IMG/VR virus record: IMGVR_UViG_3300005973_000002
Length of the DNA: 64,000 bases
Direction: 5' to 3' (one strand)
Origin: a virus
Taxonomy: Duplodnaviria; Caudoviricetes
Shown here one piece after another: positions 1 to 10,258 of the stretch (its first letter is position 1; each line of letters opens with the position of its first letter). A program made the position numbers and the translations under genes. The notes under the pieces are model-generated. The model was not told the origin of the DNA, made no database searches, and saw only the letters and a program-made list of their open reading frames with translations.

Positions 1-80
1 ATACAATAGAAAAGAAAAGAAGAAAGATTTTTTCAGGTAAGGTTTCTTTCCTCTGTTCTATGTTCACATGGATAAATAGA

Positions 81-455
81 CTATCCCACCTCCTGGACTG
101 TACCAAAAAGATCAAATGGATCAGTTAGCAGCTCCCAATCCTTTAAATTGTTGCTCATAAACGGCTTACCACCCCCAGCTCGATTTACCGCAACCGTCAC
201 GTGGGGTCTTTCATTCTTACTGGGGACGTCAGAGGTGACCCCGACGGCCAAAACTTTATCATCGGCTGCAACTGACACCACGGTTAATTCAGCCGGCGTA
301 CCGAGCAAACTAGGGTCTGCTGGTCCCTTACCAATCGGGCCCATGTTGATGGTCATGTGATGAGCAATAACGTCCCACCCTGCTGGGACCAGATGAATAA
401 AACGATTTATGAGCCGCTTTCTACTTTCTTCGTCGAGAACTATTGCAGTGTACAT
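81..455 (-). CDS. 2H phosphoesterase family protein
   Basis: Two HxT motifs (HHMTI, PHVTV) about 50 aa apart in a 124-aa protein; SD-like GAAGG upstream. Confidence 0.75.
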   Translation of the reverse strand: MYTAIVLDEESRKRLINRFIHLVPAGWDVIAHHMTINMGPIGKGPADPSLLGTPAELTVVSVAADDKVLAVGVTSDVPSKNERPHVTVAVNRAGGGKPFMSNNLKDWELLTDPFDLFGTVQEVG

Positions 456-598
456 ATATCACCTTCGGTTTGAGAGATTGCCATTGTTATCCGACTCTTC
501 CCAGATAACTTTCTCGAAGAATTCACAAAGTTTATCTTCACCAAATACGCCGACTCGACCTCCGTCGGGGTAATGGTGCCATATAGTTGACCACCCTC

Positions 599-796
599 TC
601 ACTTGAAGCGTTTCAGATTTCTTTGGATCTTTAACAGTAAGGATGTAATCAGCAATACCCTTCTTTTCCCAAGAAACCAGCTCCCATTTAGGAGCAACAA
701 GAGTTCACCTGCAACCATTCGCAAAACAAAGTATGCAGGAATCGCAAATATGCCAAATGCTACGCAAAATGTTACCAAAAACACAATAACTTCCAT
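599..796 (-). CDS. Small putative membrane protein
   Basis: 65 aa with hydrophobic N-terminal helix and basic tail; GGAG upstream. Confidence 0.45.
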   Translation of the reverse strand: MEVIVFLVTFCVAFGIFAIPAYFVLRMVAGELLLLLNGSWFLGKRRVLLITSLLLKIQRNLKRFK

Positions 797-888
797 ACCA
801 ACTCCAAAACAATCGGAGCCAATCTAACATGTTGGCCTGATGCATTCAACCTGTTTACTTTCTAAAATGTGGATGACATCATCATCTT

Positions 889-1287
889 ATGGACAAAGAC
901 AAACCTAATGTATGGAATGCCATAAAAAGATGGCGCCAAAACCGGCTGCCATCCAAATTCCAAAACATTAAAGATATGAAAGTTCTGCCAATGTATTCGA
1001 TTAAGTTCTCAGCAAAGCTTAGAGGCAGACTGTTTCAGGTTTGTTCAACCTATAGTCATATGGACTACGTTCACCTTCATTTCTTTAAAAGAGAAGTCGG
1101 AAGGCTTGGAACCTATAAAAAAACAATACCCGTCGGCGAAAATGTATTTGCCACGGGTAGAGTTGCTGATTTCAGAATCAAAGAAGAACGATCGAAACAA
1201 AACGCAATTGAAGTATTCACCACAAGAGGCATTGGTTACGTTTTCTGGAACGAATTAAAGGAATTGCAGCCGTCAGTTGACGTTTGA
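889..1287 (+). CDS. Hypothetical protein (possible SH3/KOW-like C-terminal half)
   Basis: 132-aa ORF filling the gap between minus-strand genes; no recognised catalytic motif. Confidence 0.5.
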   Translation: MDKDKPNVWNAIKRWRQNRLPSKFQNIKDMKVLPMYSIKFSAKLRGRLFQVCSTYSHMDYVHLHFFKREVGRLGTYKKTIPVGENVFATGRVADFRIKEERSKQNAIEVFTTRGIGYVFWNELKELQPSVDV

Positions 1288-1545
1288 CTCAGAGTCATCT
1301 GCAACCTTTTCTTGCATCTTCTGTTGTACCTCTTCTGCTTTTCGTGTAAGCTCTTCAATCTGAGCATTGTAAGCGTTTACATATTCCTCTGTTGGATACA
1401 CAGCGCCATCAACAAGTTCAAGGCGGATGGCACGCATGTGGTCAACAATGTTCGTGCCAGTTAGAATTGAAAGCTGTACGAGTTCTCTTACAAGAGCAAT
1501 CGCATCATCGCTAAGCCTTAGATTTTTTTTGTTTTCTTCACTCAT
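1273..1545 (-). CDS. Hypothetical helical protein (start MSEENKK)
   Basis: ATG at 1545 with GAGG upstream; amphipathic/coiled-coil C-terminus. Confidence 0.6.
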   Translation of the reverse strand: MSEENKKNLRLSDDAIALVRELVQLSILTGTNIVDHMRAIRLELVDGAVYPTEEYVNAYNAQIEELTRKAEEVQQKMQEKVADDSESNVN

Positions 1546-1618
1546 TTCATACCTCTTTAGCTGACAAATAAAGCATGTAGAGATATTACTCGGTTGTCCA
1601 AAGAAGAACAAAGTTTCT

Positions 1619-2902
1619 TCAGCTTAATTGCTCAATATCCAGCCAAAATCTCGTTCCTTCAAATTTTGGAATATTGATCGAGCCAGCTTTGGCCATCTTT
1701 GGCAACAGGTGTTTGGCCTTGTTGTGAACATCTAATATTAGAGCATCGTGCAATACAAACAGTGGCCTAACATAAGAAAAGCCATCCGATGCCATCAGTC
1801 TTTCTATTATGTTCGAAAAGCCATTTAGAGCAACGTCAACCGCTGTCGATTGAATGAAGTAATTCACAAGCACGTATGGTGGTGTTGATTCTGCAAATAT
1901 TGGACGTCTGTACATATTGTAGATGAACTTGCCGTTATTTTTTTTGTACTCTTCTTGTAGCTTTTTGCGAAGTTCTTCTACACCAAAATGCTCCTTAATG
2001 GAGTTTACGAATTGTTCAGGGTAATCAATTTTATCTCTGAGCTTTTTGATTAACTCATCATCACTAGCACCATAAATCATGGAAATGATAGCGGTCTTAA
2101 TCGATTTTCGATCGACATCTTCATCAAGACCCATTTCTTCAGCCACAAACATGTAAAGGTCTTTGGGCGCTTTGAGCTTATCGTCTTTGAGTGCAAGCAA
2201 TATTCTTGGTTCTAATGATTTAAAATCAACATAATATATCCCACCTTCATCACCCCATTGAGATGTAAGGACTTGGCGGTAGTCCTTGCGGAGATGTAAT
2301 ATGCCTGGACCATTCTTAACAGTCAAACGACCTGTTATCGATGAAAATCGATCATAGTTGATTTTTGAAGCAAAGTAAATACCCTTGTGCTGCTTGGCAG
2401 GCGCAAAGCTTTGTAAAACGACCTTGCTGGAACTTTCATTCCCATCGGAAACAAATTCTTCGTATTTTTTTACATCGACTGCTGTACGTCCCAGGGACTT
2501 AAAAATGACAGAATGTCTTTTAAAGGGACCGAAGTAATAACTCAGATCTAAGTTTTGATAGTCGTCCCAAAGTTCTTGGACGACTGCTTGAAGTTCCTTT
2601 TTATAGATGTTTGGTGGCATCACCATGCGCCACGGAAAATTTTTTGGAAGGTAGAAACCCTTTTCATCCTCCGGGTTTAGAACCTTTTCATAAGCTCTTC
2701 TGAATGGAGCTGGTGGAAAACGTCTGTAAGGTCGTCGATAAAGCTGGCAAATTTCCCAATAGTCGCTACTAGGAATAACAATTCGCTCCTGCGATGTTTT
2801 TCCTACAAATGTAGAACGACGCTTTTCAAACTCTCCTGGGCTCTTTACCAGAAGGTCAAAATTGTTGACACCGAGAAAACGCCTCTGTAATAAAAGCTCC
2901 AC
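1619..2902 (-). CDS. Short family A DNA polymerase-like protein (polymerase domain only)
   Basis: SITGRL, motif A YVDFKSLEPR, motif B RKSIKTAIISMIYG, NYFIQSTAVD, motif C HDALILDV; no exonuclease motifs seen in 427 aa. Confidence 0.8.
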   Translation of the reverse strand: MELLLQRRFLGVNNFDLLVKSPGEFEKRRSTFVGKTSQERIVIPSSDYWEICQLYRRPYRRFPPAPFRRAYEKVLNPEDEKGFYLPKNFPWRMVMPPNIYKKELQAVVQELWDDYQNLDLSYYFGPFKRHSVIFKSLGRTAVDVKKYEEFVSDGNESSSKVVLQSFAPAKQHKGIYFASKINYDRFSSITGRLTVKNGPGILHLRKDYRQVLTSQWGDEGGIYYVDFKSLEPRILLALKDDKLKAPKDLYMFVAEEMGLDEDVDRKSIKTAIISMIYGASDDELIKKLRDKIDYPEQFVNSIKEHFGVEELRKKLQEEYKKNNGKFIYNMYRRPIFAESTPPYVLVNYFIQSTAVDVALNGFSNIIERLMASDGFSYVRPLFVLHDALILDVHNKAKHLLPKMAKAGSINIPKFEGTRFWLDIEQLS

Positions 2903-2908
2903 TAGACA

Positions 2909-2937
2909 AGTATAGGGCTTGTTGGTTTATGTTTCAA
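2909..2937 (-). promoter_or_regulatory. sigma70-like promoter, probably leaderless, for the PolA-like gene
   Basis: TTGAAA (2937-2932), 17 nt, TATACT (2914-2909), then 6 nt to GTG at 2902; no SD. Confidence 0.7.
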
Positions 2938-3048
2938 CCTTATCGGTCAGTCTCAACATGCTGAGGATATACCATTGCCTCAATTTATTAGGGACAACTT
3001 CTTGGAACATCCAATGTGAATCTGATTGCACGTGATTAGCACGAATGC

Positions 3049-4041
3049 GTGGTAAACCAGTATGTTTATCGTTTGAACATGATTCTTTCGTTAGTAGCCA
3101 TATTCATACACATGAAATATCAGGAGCCAATATGTGAGTCTTGCAATTCTACCATTAAGATAAATCGTCCACGAGATAGATTTAAAAGATTTTGTAATCG
3201 CAAGTGTGCATCATATATTCGAACTCAAAAACGAAGAACTGATAGAATGTGTTTGCATTGCAATCAAGAGTTCCAACCACGATACTCAGCACAAAAATAT
3301 TGCTCCCGAAGTTGTTCAAATAGATTCAGAAAAAAACAACATGTACGCTACTGCAATTCTTGCAAACATAAATTTATATTAAAAAATATTGCGTATGAAA
3401 ATAGGGGCAACGGCAAATTTTGTTCGGTATCATGTGCGCAACGGCAATATCCTATTAACAATGCCTTCTTTGACATCATTGACTCAGAAATACAAGCCTA
3501 TTGGTTAGGCTTTTTGTTTGGAGATGGATATCAAAACGGGTACGAATTAGTTGTGAACCTTGCAGTTAAAGATTACAATCACTTATTTTCATTGAAAAGG
3601 GCACTTGATTCAAAACATCCCATCAAAATTATTGATGGCTCAATAGCTTCAATAAGAATTGGAAGTAAGCATTTGTGCAAAGCTCTAACGAAGTTAGGAT
3701 GCGTTCAAGCCAAAAGCAAAACACTCAAATGGCCCAAAACATTAAAACCGCATCTTCAACGACATTTCATAAGAGGGGTATTTGATGCGGATGGCTGTTT
3801 TTATAAGCAAAAGTCTGGACGGACTAAACGTTGGTCTATATATTCAGGGTCCCCAGAATTTTTAGAAGTTATGGCTCAAGTCCTCGCTGGGCATGGTATG
3901 CCGACATCAATTAATCAATGTACAATCAATATTACTAAGCAAAAAGTTTTACAGCACATTTATGCTTTTTTATATAAAAAAAGCACTATATATCTACCAA
4001 GAAAAAAAGAAAAGTTTGCAACATATATCAACTCTCTTTAA
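3049..4041 (+). mobile_element. Free-standing LAGLIDADG homing endonuclease with N-terminal Cys-rich zinc-finger repeats (likely start ATG 3112)
   Basis: Repeated CxxC..YCSxxC units, then QAYWLGFLFGDG and HFIRGVFDADG motifs; opposite strand to its neighbours. Confidence 0.85.
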
Positions 4042-4657
4042 GAGAATTGGGAGTCCAATTTCGTTCCCATCTTTCGTCGGTAGTTACATGATTAGCACGA
4101 ACATACTTTGCTACAGATTCCCTAAAATCGTCATAAGCGAAGGAATCATAAAGTCTGATGACGTACCCTTCAGAATTTTCTTCGCCATTCTGGGGCGACC
4201 AAGATGCTCTGATAGCCTCTTCATCATAGAGCCCCACATACAAAACCGGAACATGTTCAATTTCGAGTAGTTGACACCACTCAACCGTAGAACCCCAATC
4301 TAAGCAGATGTTTTCTTCGTTCCAGATCGAGAATGCAAGGAAATATGAGTTGAGTCTTTCATAGGCAATTGAATGTCTGGCAAAGAGATTTTCTCCGCAG
4401 ATTCGCCATCCTTCGGGTATATGATGAGATAGACGCCCTTGGAGTGCCTTAACCCAGTTTCGACTGGGGTGGTTCGTCGAAGATGTTGTTCTTGCGTGAA
4501 TATGGTCTTTATACATGGTTGTGTTTTCGCCATCCATTTTCTCCGTTACTACTACCTTTTTGCCAACAAAATGATCCATCGACTCAAGAATGCGGTCGTC
4601 CCGAGTCCCCCCAGGACTCCAGGGGCAATGATATGTCCGAGGGTATTTGTAATACAT
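4028..4657 (-). CDS. RNA ligase family protein (Rnl2-like short nucleotidyltransferase domain)
   Basis: YPRTYHCPWSPG, motif I VTEKMDGEN, CGENLFARHSI, EGYVIR, AKYVR. Confidence 0.85.
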   Translation of the reverse strand: MYYKYPRTYHCPWSPGGTRDDRILESMDHFVGKKVVVTEKMDGENTTMYKDHIHARTTSSTNHPSRNWVKALQGRLSHHIPEGWRICGENLFARHSIAYERLNSYFLAFSIWNEENICLDWGSTVEWCQLLEIEHVPVLYVGLYDEEAIRASWSPQNGEENSEGYVIRLYDSFAYDDFRESVAKYVRANHVTTDERWERNWTPNSLKES

Positions 4658-4679
4658 GACATTACTCCAGTGATATCAG

Positions 4680-4708
4680 TTTATACCACACGAAAATCGG
4701 AAAATCAA
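4680..4708 (-). promoter_or_regulatory. sigma70-like promoter for the RNA ligase gene
   Basis: TTGATT (4708-4703), 17 nt, TGG-extended TATAAA (4685-4680); GGAG SD downstream. Confidence 0.65.
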
Positions 4709-4734
4709 CCGAATAATGCATATTTGATCAAAAT

Positions 4735-5760
4735 TTATAGTAGTAGATTTTTTACGGTATTTTTAGCATTGGCAGCAGTTTGAAAGATTTTATCTCTGGC
4801 TTTTATTGCTATTTCTGTATCTGCTTTTTCAAATTTTTTATTGTTCAAGACACTGTCCATCTTAGAAATAAAATTATTTGCTACCGCAACAACAAATTCT
4901 TCAGAAGAATTGTATTGCAATGTCCCGCCATCAAAAATGCCGGCCTTTTCCAAGGCATCCCCGAGAGACTTTATTCCTTGAATGATCCCTTCAACAGATA
5001 AGTTATCGACATTTACTCCAGGAATTTTTGCACTAACTGTTTTGTCTTTGATGGTTCCATATTTTGCCTGAATAAAGAAATTGACAATATCCTGAAATAG
5101 GCTTTCAAAATTCAGTGATGCGACCTTTTCTTCAGTATGTTTACGAACTCTATAAGGAACTAGAACACCCTTTTGAAGCTTTGCACGAGCGCCTCTATCT
5201 CCAATGCTCATCATTAAAGCTTCTGCGAGTGCCGCATAAAGCCCACCAGACACAAAACCTTTTACGTTTCTAATTGGAGTGAATCTGGATTTAGCCCAAT
5301 TGGAATACTTTTTGTGTGTGACAAAAAAATCAATTTGCACATACTTCCCTGGTTCAATTTCAGCAATTATCACAGGAGTCGTCGCCGCATCACCTTTTGA
5401 TTCTTCAATGTCGACGCCTCGGGGTTTGATTTCTCTGAAAAATTCAAACAACTTTTTATTGTAGAACTTTGCAGATATTACTTCATTTTTTCGCTCATCA
5501 TCGGAGTATTCAATCACTGGATATTCAATTAGATAATCAATGTCCCCATAAACATTATTGGGGTTTTCTTCAATATCTTCTTCATAATAATTGCCAGAGC
5601 CAATTGGTCGAATGGGGTTTATTTCAGGCAACCCTTGATGTTTTAGTTGCAACCATTGATTAAAATCTGCAAGCAGATTTTTGGTGAAGATATCCGCACT
5701 TTTTACCAAAAGTGGCGTAAGAAGAACATCTTGTGTCTTAAGTGACGTCCAACCACCCAT
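4735..5760 (-). CDS. Putative Pol-beta superfamily nucleotidyltransferase-fold protein
   Basis: IGSG...YGDIDYL (GS..DxD-like) with a later QIDF acidic strand; 341 aa. Confidence 0.5.
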   Translation of the reverse strand: MGGWTSLKTQDVLLTPLLVKSADIFTKNLLADFNQWLQLKHQGLPEINPIRPIGSGNYYEEDIEENPNNVYGDIDYLIEYPVIEYSDDERKNEVISAKFYNKKLFEFFREIKPRGVDIEESKGDAATTPVIIAEIEPGKYVQIDFFVTHKKYSNWAKSRFTPIRNVKGFVSGGLYAALAEALMMSIGDRGARAKLQKGVLVPYRVRKHTEEKVASLNFESLFQDIVNFFIQAKYGTIKDKTVSAKIPGVNVDNLSVEGIIQGIKSLGDALEKAGIFDGGTLQYNSSEEFVVAVANNFISKMDSVLNNKKFEKADTEIAIKARDKIFQTAANAKNTVKNLLL

Positions 5761-5872
5761 TATAATTTGCCCAAACCCAAGTGAAACAATCTCATTCAGT
5801 GTTACAGCTTCATTTTACAGGATAAACAGCAAACAATAAATCAAGTTTGACCAAGTGTTGATATTTATCCTC

Positions 5873-6592
5873 GTGAGTATCGACATCAAAAGCCTTTCAG
5901 TTAAAGAAAAACTGAATGACGATATCTGGACGAAGGATAAGAAACTAAAGCCTGAAATTAGAGAAAGGCTTCTTACCCTTGCTGAAGATTTTTATAAAGA
6001 GCTTGACATTCCATGGGCAGAGCTTGAAGATATTAGGTTTACCGGCTCTCTTGCCAACTACAATTGGTCAAAATACAGTGATGTCGATCTTCATCTCGTT
6101 ATCGACTACACCCTTGTTGATGAAAACGTTGATCTTGTTGAAGAATATTTCAAAGCAAGAAAAAGTTTGTGGAATGATTATCACGACATCACCATCCATG
6201 GTTTTGACGTCGAAATATATGTTGAAGATGCTCAAGGAGAGCATTTTTCCTCTGGCGTGTACTCTGTACTGATGGATGAATGGGTAATCGAACCAAAACC
6301 GCAAAGTCCAAACATCGACAAAATGGCGATAAAAAATAAAGCAAAAGTAATCATGAGGTTGATCGACGATCTTGTTGTTGACAAACTTAAAGAAGGGGAT
6401 TACGACGGTGCTATTAAAGCCGCAGAATTAATGTCGGAAAAAATTAAGAAGATGAGACAGGGTGGTCTTGAATCTGGCGGCGAATACTCAGTAGAAAATC
6501 TAACGTTCAAGATACTCAGACGAAACGGAACTCTTGATAAGTTGTACGCAACCAAATTGGATGCATACGATAAAATGATGTCAATTGAATAA
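5873..6592 (+). CDS. Pol-beta superfamily nucleotidyltransferase (likely GTG start 5873)
   Basis: FTGSLANYNWSKYSDVDLH signature plus DVEIYVE third acidic strand. Confidence 0.8.
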   Translation: MSIDIKSLSVKEKLNDDIWTKDKKLKPEIRERLLTLAEDFYKELDIPWAELEDIRFTGSLANYNWSKYSDVDLHLVIDYTLVDENVDLVEEYFKARKSLWNDYHDITIHGFDVEIYVEDAQGEHFSSGVYSVLMDEWVIEPKPQSPNIDKMAIKNKAKVIMRLIDDLVVDKLKEGDYDGAIKAAELMSEKIKKMRQGGLESGGEYSVENLTFKILRRNGTLDKLYATKLDAYDKMMSIE

Positions 6593-6643
6593 ACTTATTT
6601 GATTTGTTTGGTTTTCTCAAGTTTGAAGCTATAATCTCTAGAT

Positions 6644-9424
6644 TCAAACTGCCTCACAAAACAAATTTTTAATTTCATCTTCTATTTCATTTTTATGAAT
6701 TTTGCTTGGTATTGGAAAATAAACAACCTTGTCATTGACGATGAATTTAAAACAATAAAGCCAGTATGTTCTTTTCTCAAGTTCATCATACCAACGAAGT
6801 AAAACATAATCAACAAAGAAAAAAATGTCGCCGGGTGAAGACACCATAGTAAAAGAAGTTTTGTCAAGGCTGCGTTGACCCATCCACTCTGGATTCGTCA
6901 CATCTCCATAAACCCATACTAGGGACCTGTTCGAGGTATAAATCCTACCCTGTCTTAGACCCATACATTGCAAAATTTCTTCAACCTTTTTTTCTTGATT
7001 GCGCTTTGGCTTCTTTTTGTAAGGTGCTATTCTAGAAAATATATCATCAAAAGACAAGTTGTTTCTCCGAGTGCAGCTTCATTCTACTGTTCTTTGCTAT
7101 CAAAATCTTCAAACCTAACAATGAACACTTTTCCGTAAAGAGTTTTACGCTCGACCCAAGTTTTCGACCAGGTTTTCTTTTCTTTTTCAATCTTGACCCA
7201 GCCTTCTTGGTCATCCGCCTCAACTGCATCTGGCTCAATTTTGCCATTTAATTCAACTTTATAGTTTTCAAATTTAGGATCATCAGCTTTGTATCTCATA
7301 ACTCTCTCCAGAGACATATTCCCAATAATTGGTCCAATCAAATTGAACAACCACAACCCCTGTGTTGTTTTTTCCGGGCGGTATCGGCACTTCTTCATAC
7401 CATCTTAGACTTACCGGTTCTCCACCTACAAAGAAGTGAAAAAGCCATAGCTCATTATCGATATTTTTATCTTTATGCCAAGGTGGACCACATAGTGCAG
7501 CCTTTTCAGAAAAGAGAAAAAGCACATACGAACCAATATCCATAACATGGTTATGATCAAAAGGATACTTCTGGATAACTCTTAGTAATTTTCCAGGAGT
7601 TGGAAGAGAAACATTAGGACTCTTCGCTGTGTCGTCTCTCCATTTCCACATGTTGTTTAGGATAATCTACCGCTGCAAGCTTTTTCAAAAGCTTTTTGAA
7701 ATGTTTGATTTCATCAACAGCTTCACGATCCCACGTTTCCAGTTTTTCATATTCTTCGTTGGAAACTTCATCCAATCCTTCGTCAAAATATAGGATTTTC
7801 TCAATCGCTGCCTTAGCTCCGCAGATGGCCATCTTGAGATGAAACTCAACTGTTTCTTTCCAGTTTGCACCCTGACTACCTGTTCCTGACGTGGGATGCC
7901 AATTATGGCGGGTGGTGGCCATGACAGCTTCTACCATGTGAAGCTCTGCAAATCTATTACAATATTCGATAAAATCTTTCTTGGTGAGATTGCCGTCTGC
8001 AAAATCTTTTTTCAGCATGTTCATACAAGTTTTTGCGGACATGTCATGTCCCTGGCCCGCATACGATTCGGAAGCACGGTCTTGAACGATGCTTCATACA
8101 GTTTCATTCTGTCGCCTAATGTTGTTTTGTCGGTCATAGCAGTTTTCCAGTAAACAAAATTCTAAGTCTCTTACCTAGGCCATGAACACAATCTCTTTCT
8201 TCTATGTCGTGTCTTAGCTTATCAAAACAGGTCTTGCATAAAACCAATTTTCCTGGACTATTAAACTTGTAATCGTTCATCCAGCGTCCAACCCCTAATG
8301 TATTTTCTTCGCTATCACAATTTGCGCAACGACACGGTGCTGTACGATAACTGTCTCTTCTCGGAGTTGAGGGTGGTGTTCGCCAAGGGTAAGGTGTTTT
8401 AATCATAAATCTTTCTATACGTAAATTTTTCTATAATATGTTTCAAGCTTTGGCCATTTTGGACCTGGGTGACCGTTCATTCTATGGGTTCCAGAGATAA
8501 ACCCCATTGTCTGCCGAAGGTATGTTTTTGCTCGCCTATGTTTTTTTCTTTTGGAGAATCGACCATAGACTCGTCGAGCTTCATCCAAAGTAAAAAACGC
8601 ATCATCACCAATATAAGCAGCGTGTCCAATGGGCCAATCAACCCAAGGGAGTATATTATAAATAAATGTTCCCTTTAGAGCCTCCAAATCAATTGATCTG
8701 TTTGTTTCGGGATTTTCATCCCAAATGATCCAGGTACTATTTTTCCGCTCTCCAATGAAATCAGGGAAATTGTGAACGTAGGTCACATCTTGCACTTTAG
8801 CCTTCACATAGAAGGAAGAACAAAATACAAACAATTCATCACCAGGTCGAACAATCCTTCTGACCGGGCACGATTCTGAAATTGGATAATTTTCTGGGTT
8901 GTATTCGGTCATCTGTATGGTCCTGAAAAACGAGATTGACATTCTTCTTATTCTCCAATCACTTGGACTTCGGTCTCATCAATATCATTGATGTCAATCG
9001 TAACAACTCGTCCTGAGCCAGTGCAAACAATTCGGCCGTCACTACTAATACCACGAGAAGTAGAGATTTTGGTTATGCCAGTAAAAGTAAGTCCAAGTGC
9101 TTCACAAGAAGGCGAATATTGTTCTCGTTCAGCCGCAGCACTTTGCTCCCTTAGGTCCATGTGAAGATTTTCACATCCTTTGAAAGTTGTAAAAATGATT
9201 AAGACCAAGATTGCAAGACCTAGTAGAACAAATGAACCTATTCCAAAAATTTCCCAGCCTCCCCATTGAATAATGGATTGAAAACATTGTTTCACGAGAA
9301 CCCAAAACGGTGGCACTAAATGAGCACCTTCGAGACGTCTGCGCAAGCGGTCAATTTGTTCTCGGGCTTCTTTGTCGATGAAATTTTCTGTTTGAAATTC
9401 ACCAGACTCTTCTGATTTGCTCAT
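6644..9424 (-). CDS. Run of about seven small hypothetical ORFs (e.g. 6644-7057, 7614-8042, 8134-8406, 8415-8942, 8948-9424)
   Basis: Contiguous minus-strand ORFs with short overlaps; 8948-9424 has one TM helix; no family recognised. Confidence 0.55.
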
Positions 9425-9478
9425 TTTACACTCCGTGGATAGTTCTTAGTATCTGAACTTATCTCTACGGTAGCATAT

Positions 9479-9514
9479 AAAAAAATCCGGATAAACTCAA
9501 AAGGCTATCCGGAT
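9479..9514 (-). terminator. Rho-independent terminator
   Basis: ATCCGGATA/TATCCGGAT stem followed by T7 on the minus strand, downstream of 9549-9797. Confidence 0.75.
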
Positions 9515-9548
9515 TATACATTTATTTTTTGACACTTTGTAGTATGGG

Positions 9549-9797
9549 CTATTTAGATGATTTAAGCTCTTTTTCTTTCTTTTGGAGCTTTGCATACAAT
9601 TGCTTTACTTTATCTTTTTTTTCTTGCAATGCTTTAAGCTGCTTACGGGCTCTCACCCTTTTTGCTTTACTCTCATTCAAACGACGATTTTGTGTTTTTT
9701 TGGCTTCATTGATCTTGTGATCAAGTTCTTCTTCAAGAACTTCGTAAATTGTATCTCTGATAGTTTCAAGCAATTGTTCTTTGTTTAGCTTTGTCAT
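9549..9797 (-). CDS. Small charged hypothetical protein with repeated (I/L)xE motifs
   Basis: 82 aa, GGAG SD, acidic N-half (LLE, LEE, INE, LNE) and lysine-rich coiled-coil C-half. Confidence 0.6.
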   Translation of the reverse strand: MTKLNKEQLLETIRDTIYEVLEEELDHKINEAKKTQNRRLNESKAKRVRARKQLKALQEKKDKVKQLYAKLQKKEKELKSSK

Positions 9798-9856
9798 TGT
9801 TTACTCCAACTTGCGCAAGTCATGAAATAAATATGGCGAAGATGAAGCTTTTTCAA

Positions 9857-10258
9857 CTAAATATCAGAACAATAATCTTGTAAAAAGCTTTCAGAGGGAC
9901 CCTCGTACCCATAATTTACATATCGATGTTTGGTTGAATATTTTTTAATCCAGCCCTTATCGTCCTTTTTTATGGCCTGAGCGTGTTTAAGCTTCCAACG
10001 AGCCCTGATCTTTTTCTGCCGGTTCTTTTCCTTGCCCTCAATTGAAATTGGCCTTAGAAGCTTTGACAGACCTTGGATTGTCACTCCAATATCGATACAC
10101 TCATCGGCGATGTCCTCGTTAAACTCCCTACCCGAATTGATTATACGAATAATTTCGTCAATTCGGTCTCTGTAGTCTCTAAGTTTTCTCCCAGCTTTAA
10201 TGAGATTTTTCGTTCGATGGACCTGTTCTGCTATTTTCTTTTCTTTCGTTGTGCCCAT
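9857..10258 (-). CDS. Basic helical hypothetical protein
   Basis: 133 aa; N-terminal half resembles the C-terminal helices of the two upstream paralogs. Confidence 0.55.
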   Translation of the reverse strand: MGTTKEKKIAEQVHRTKNLIKAGRKLRDYRDRIDEIIRIINSGREFNEDIADECIDIGVTIQGLSKLLRPISIEGKEKNRQKKIRARWKLKHAQAIKKDDKGWIKKYSTKHRYVNYGYEGPSESFLQDYCSDI

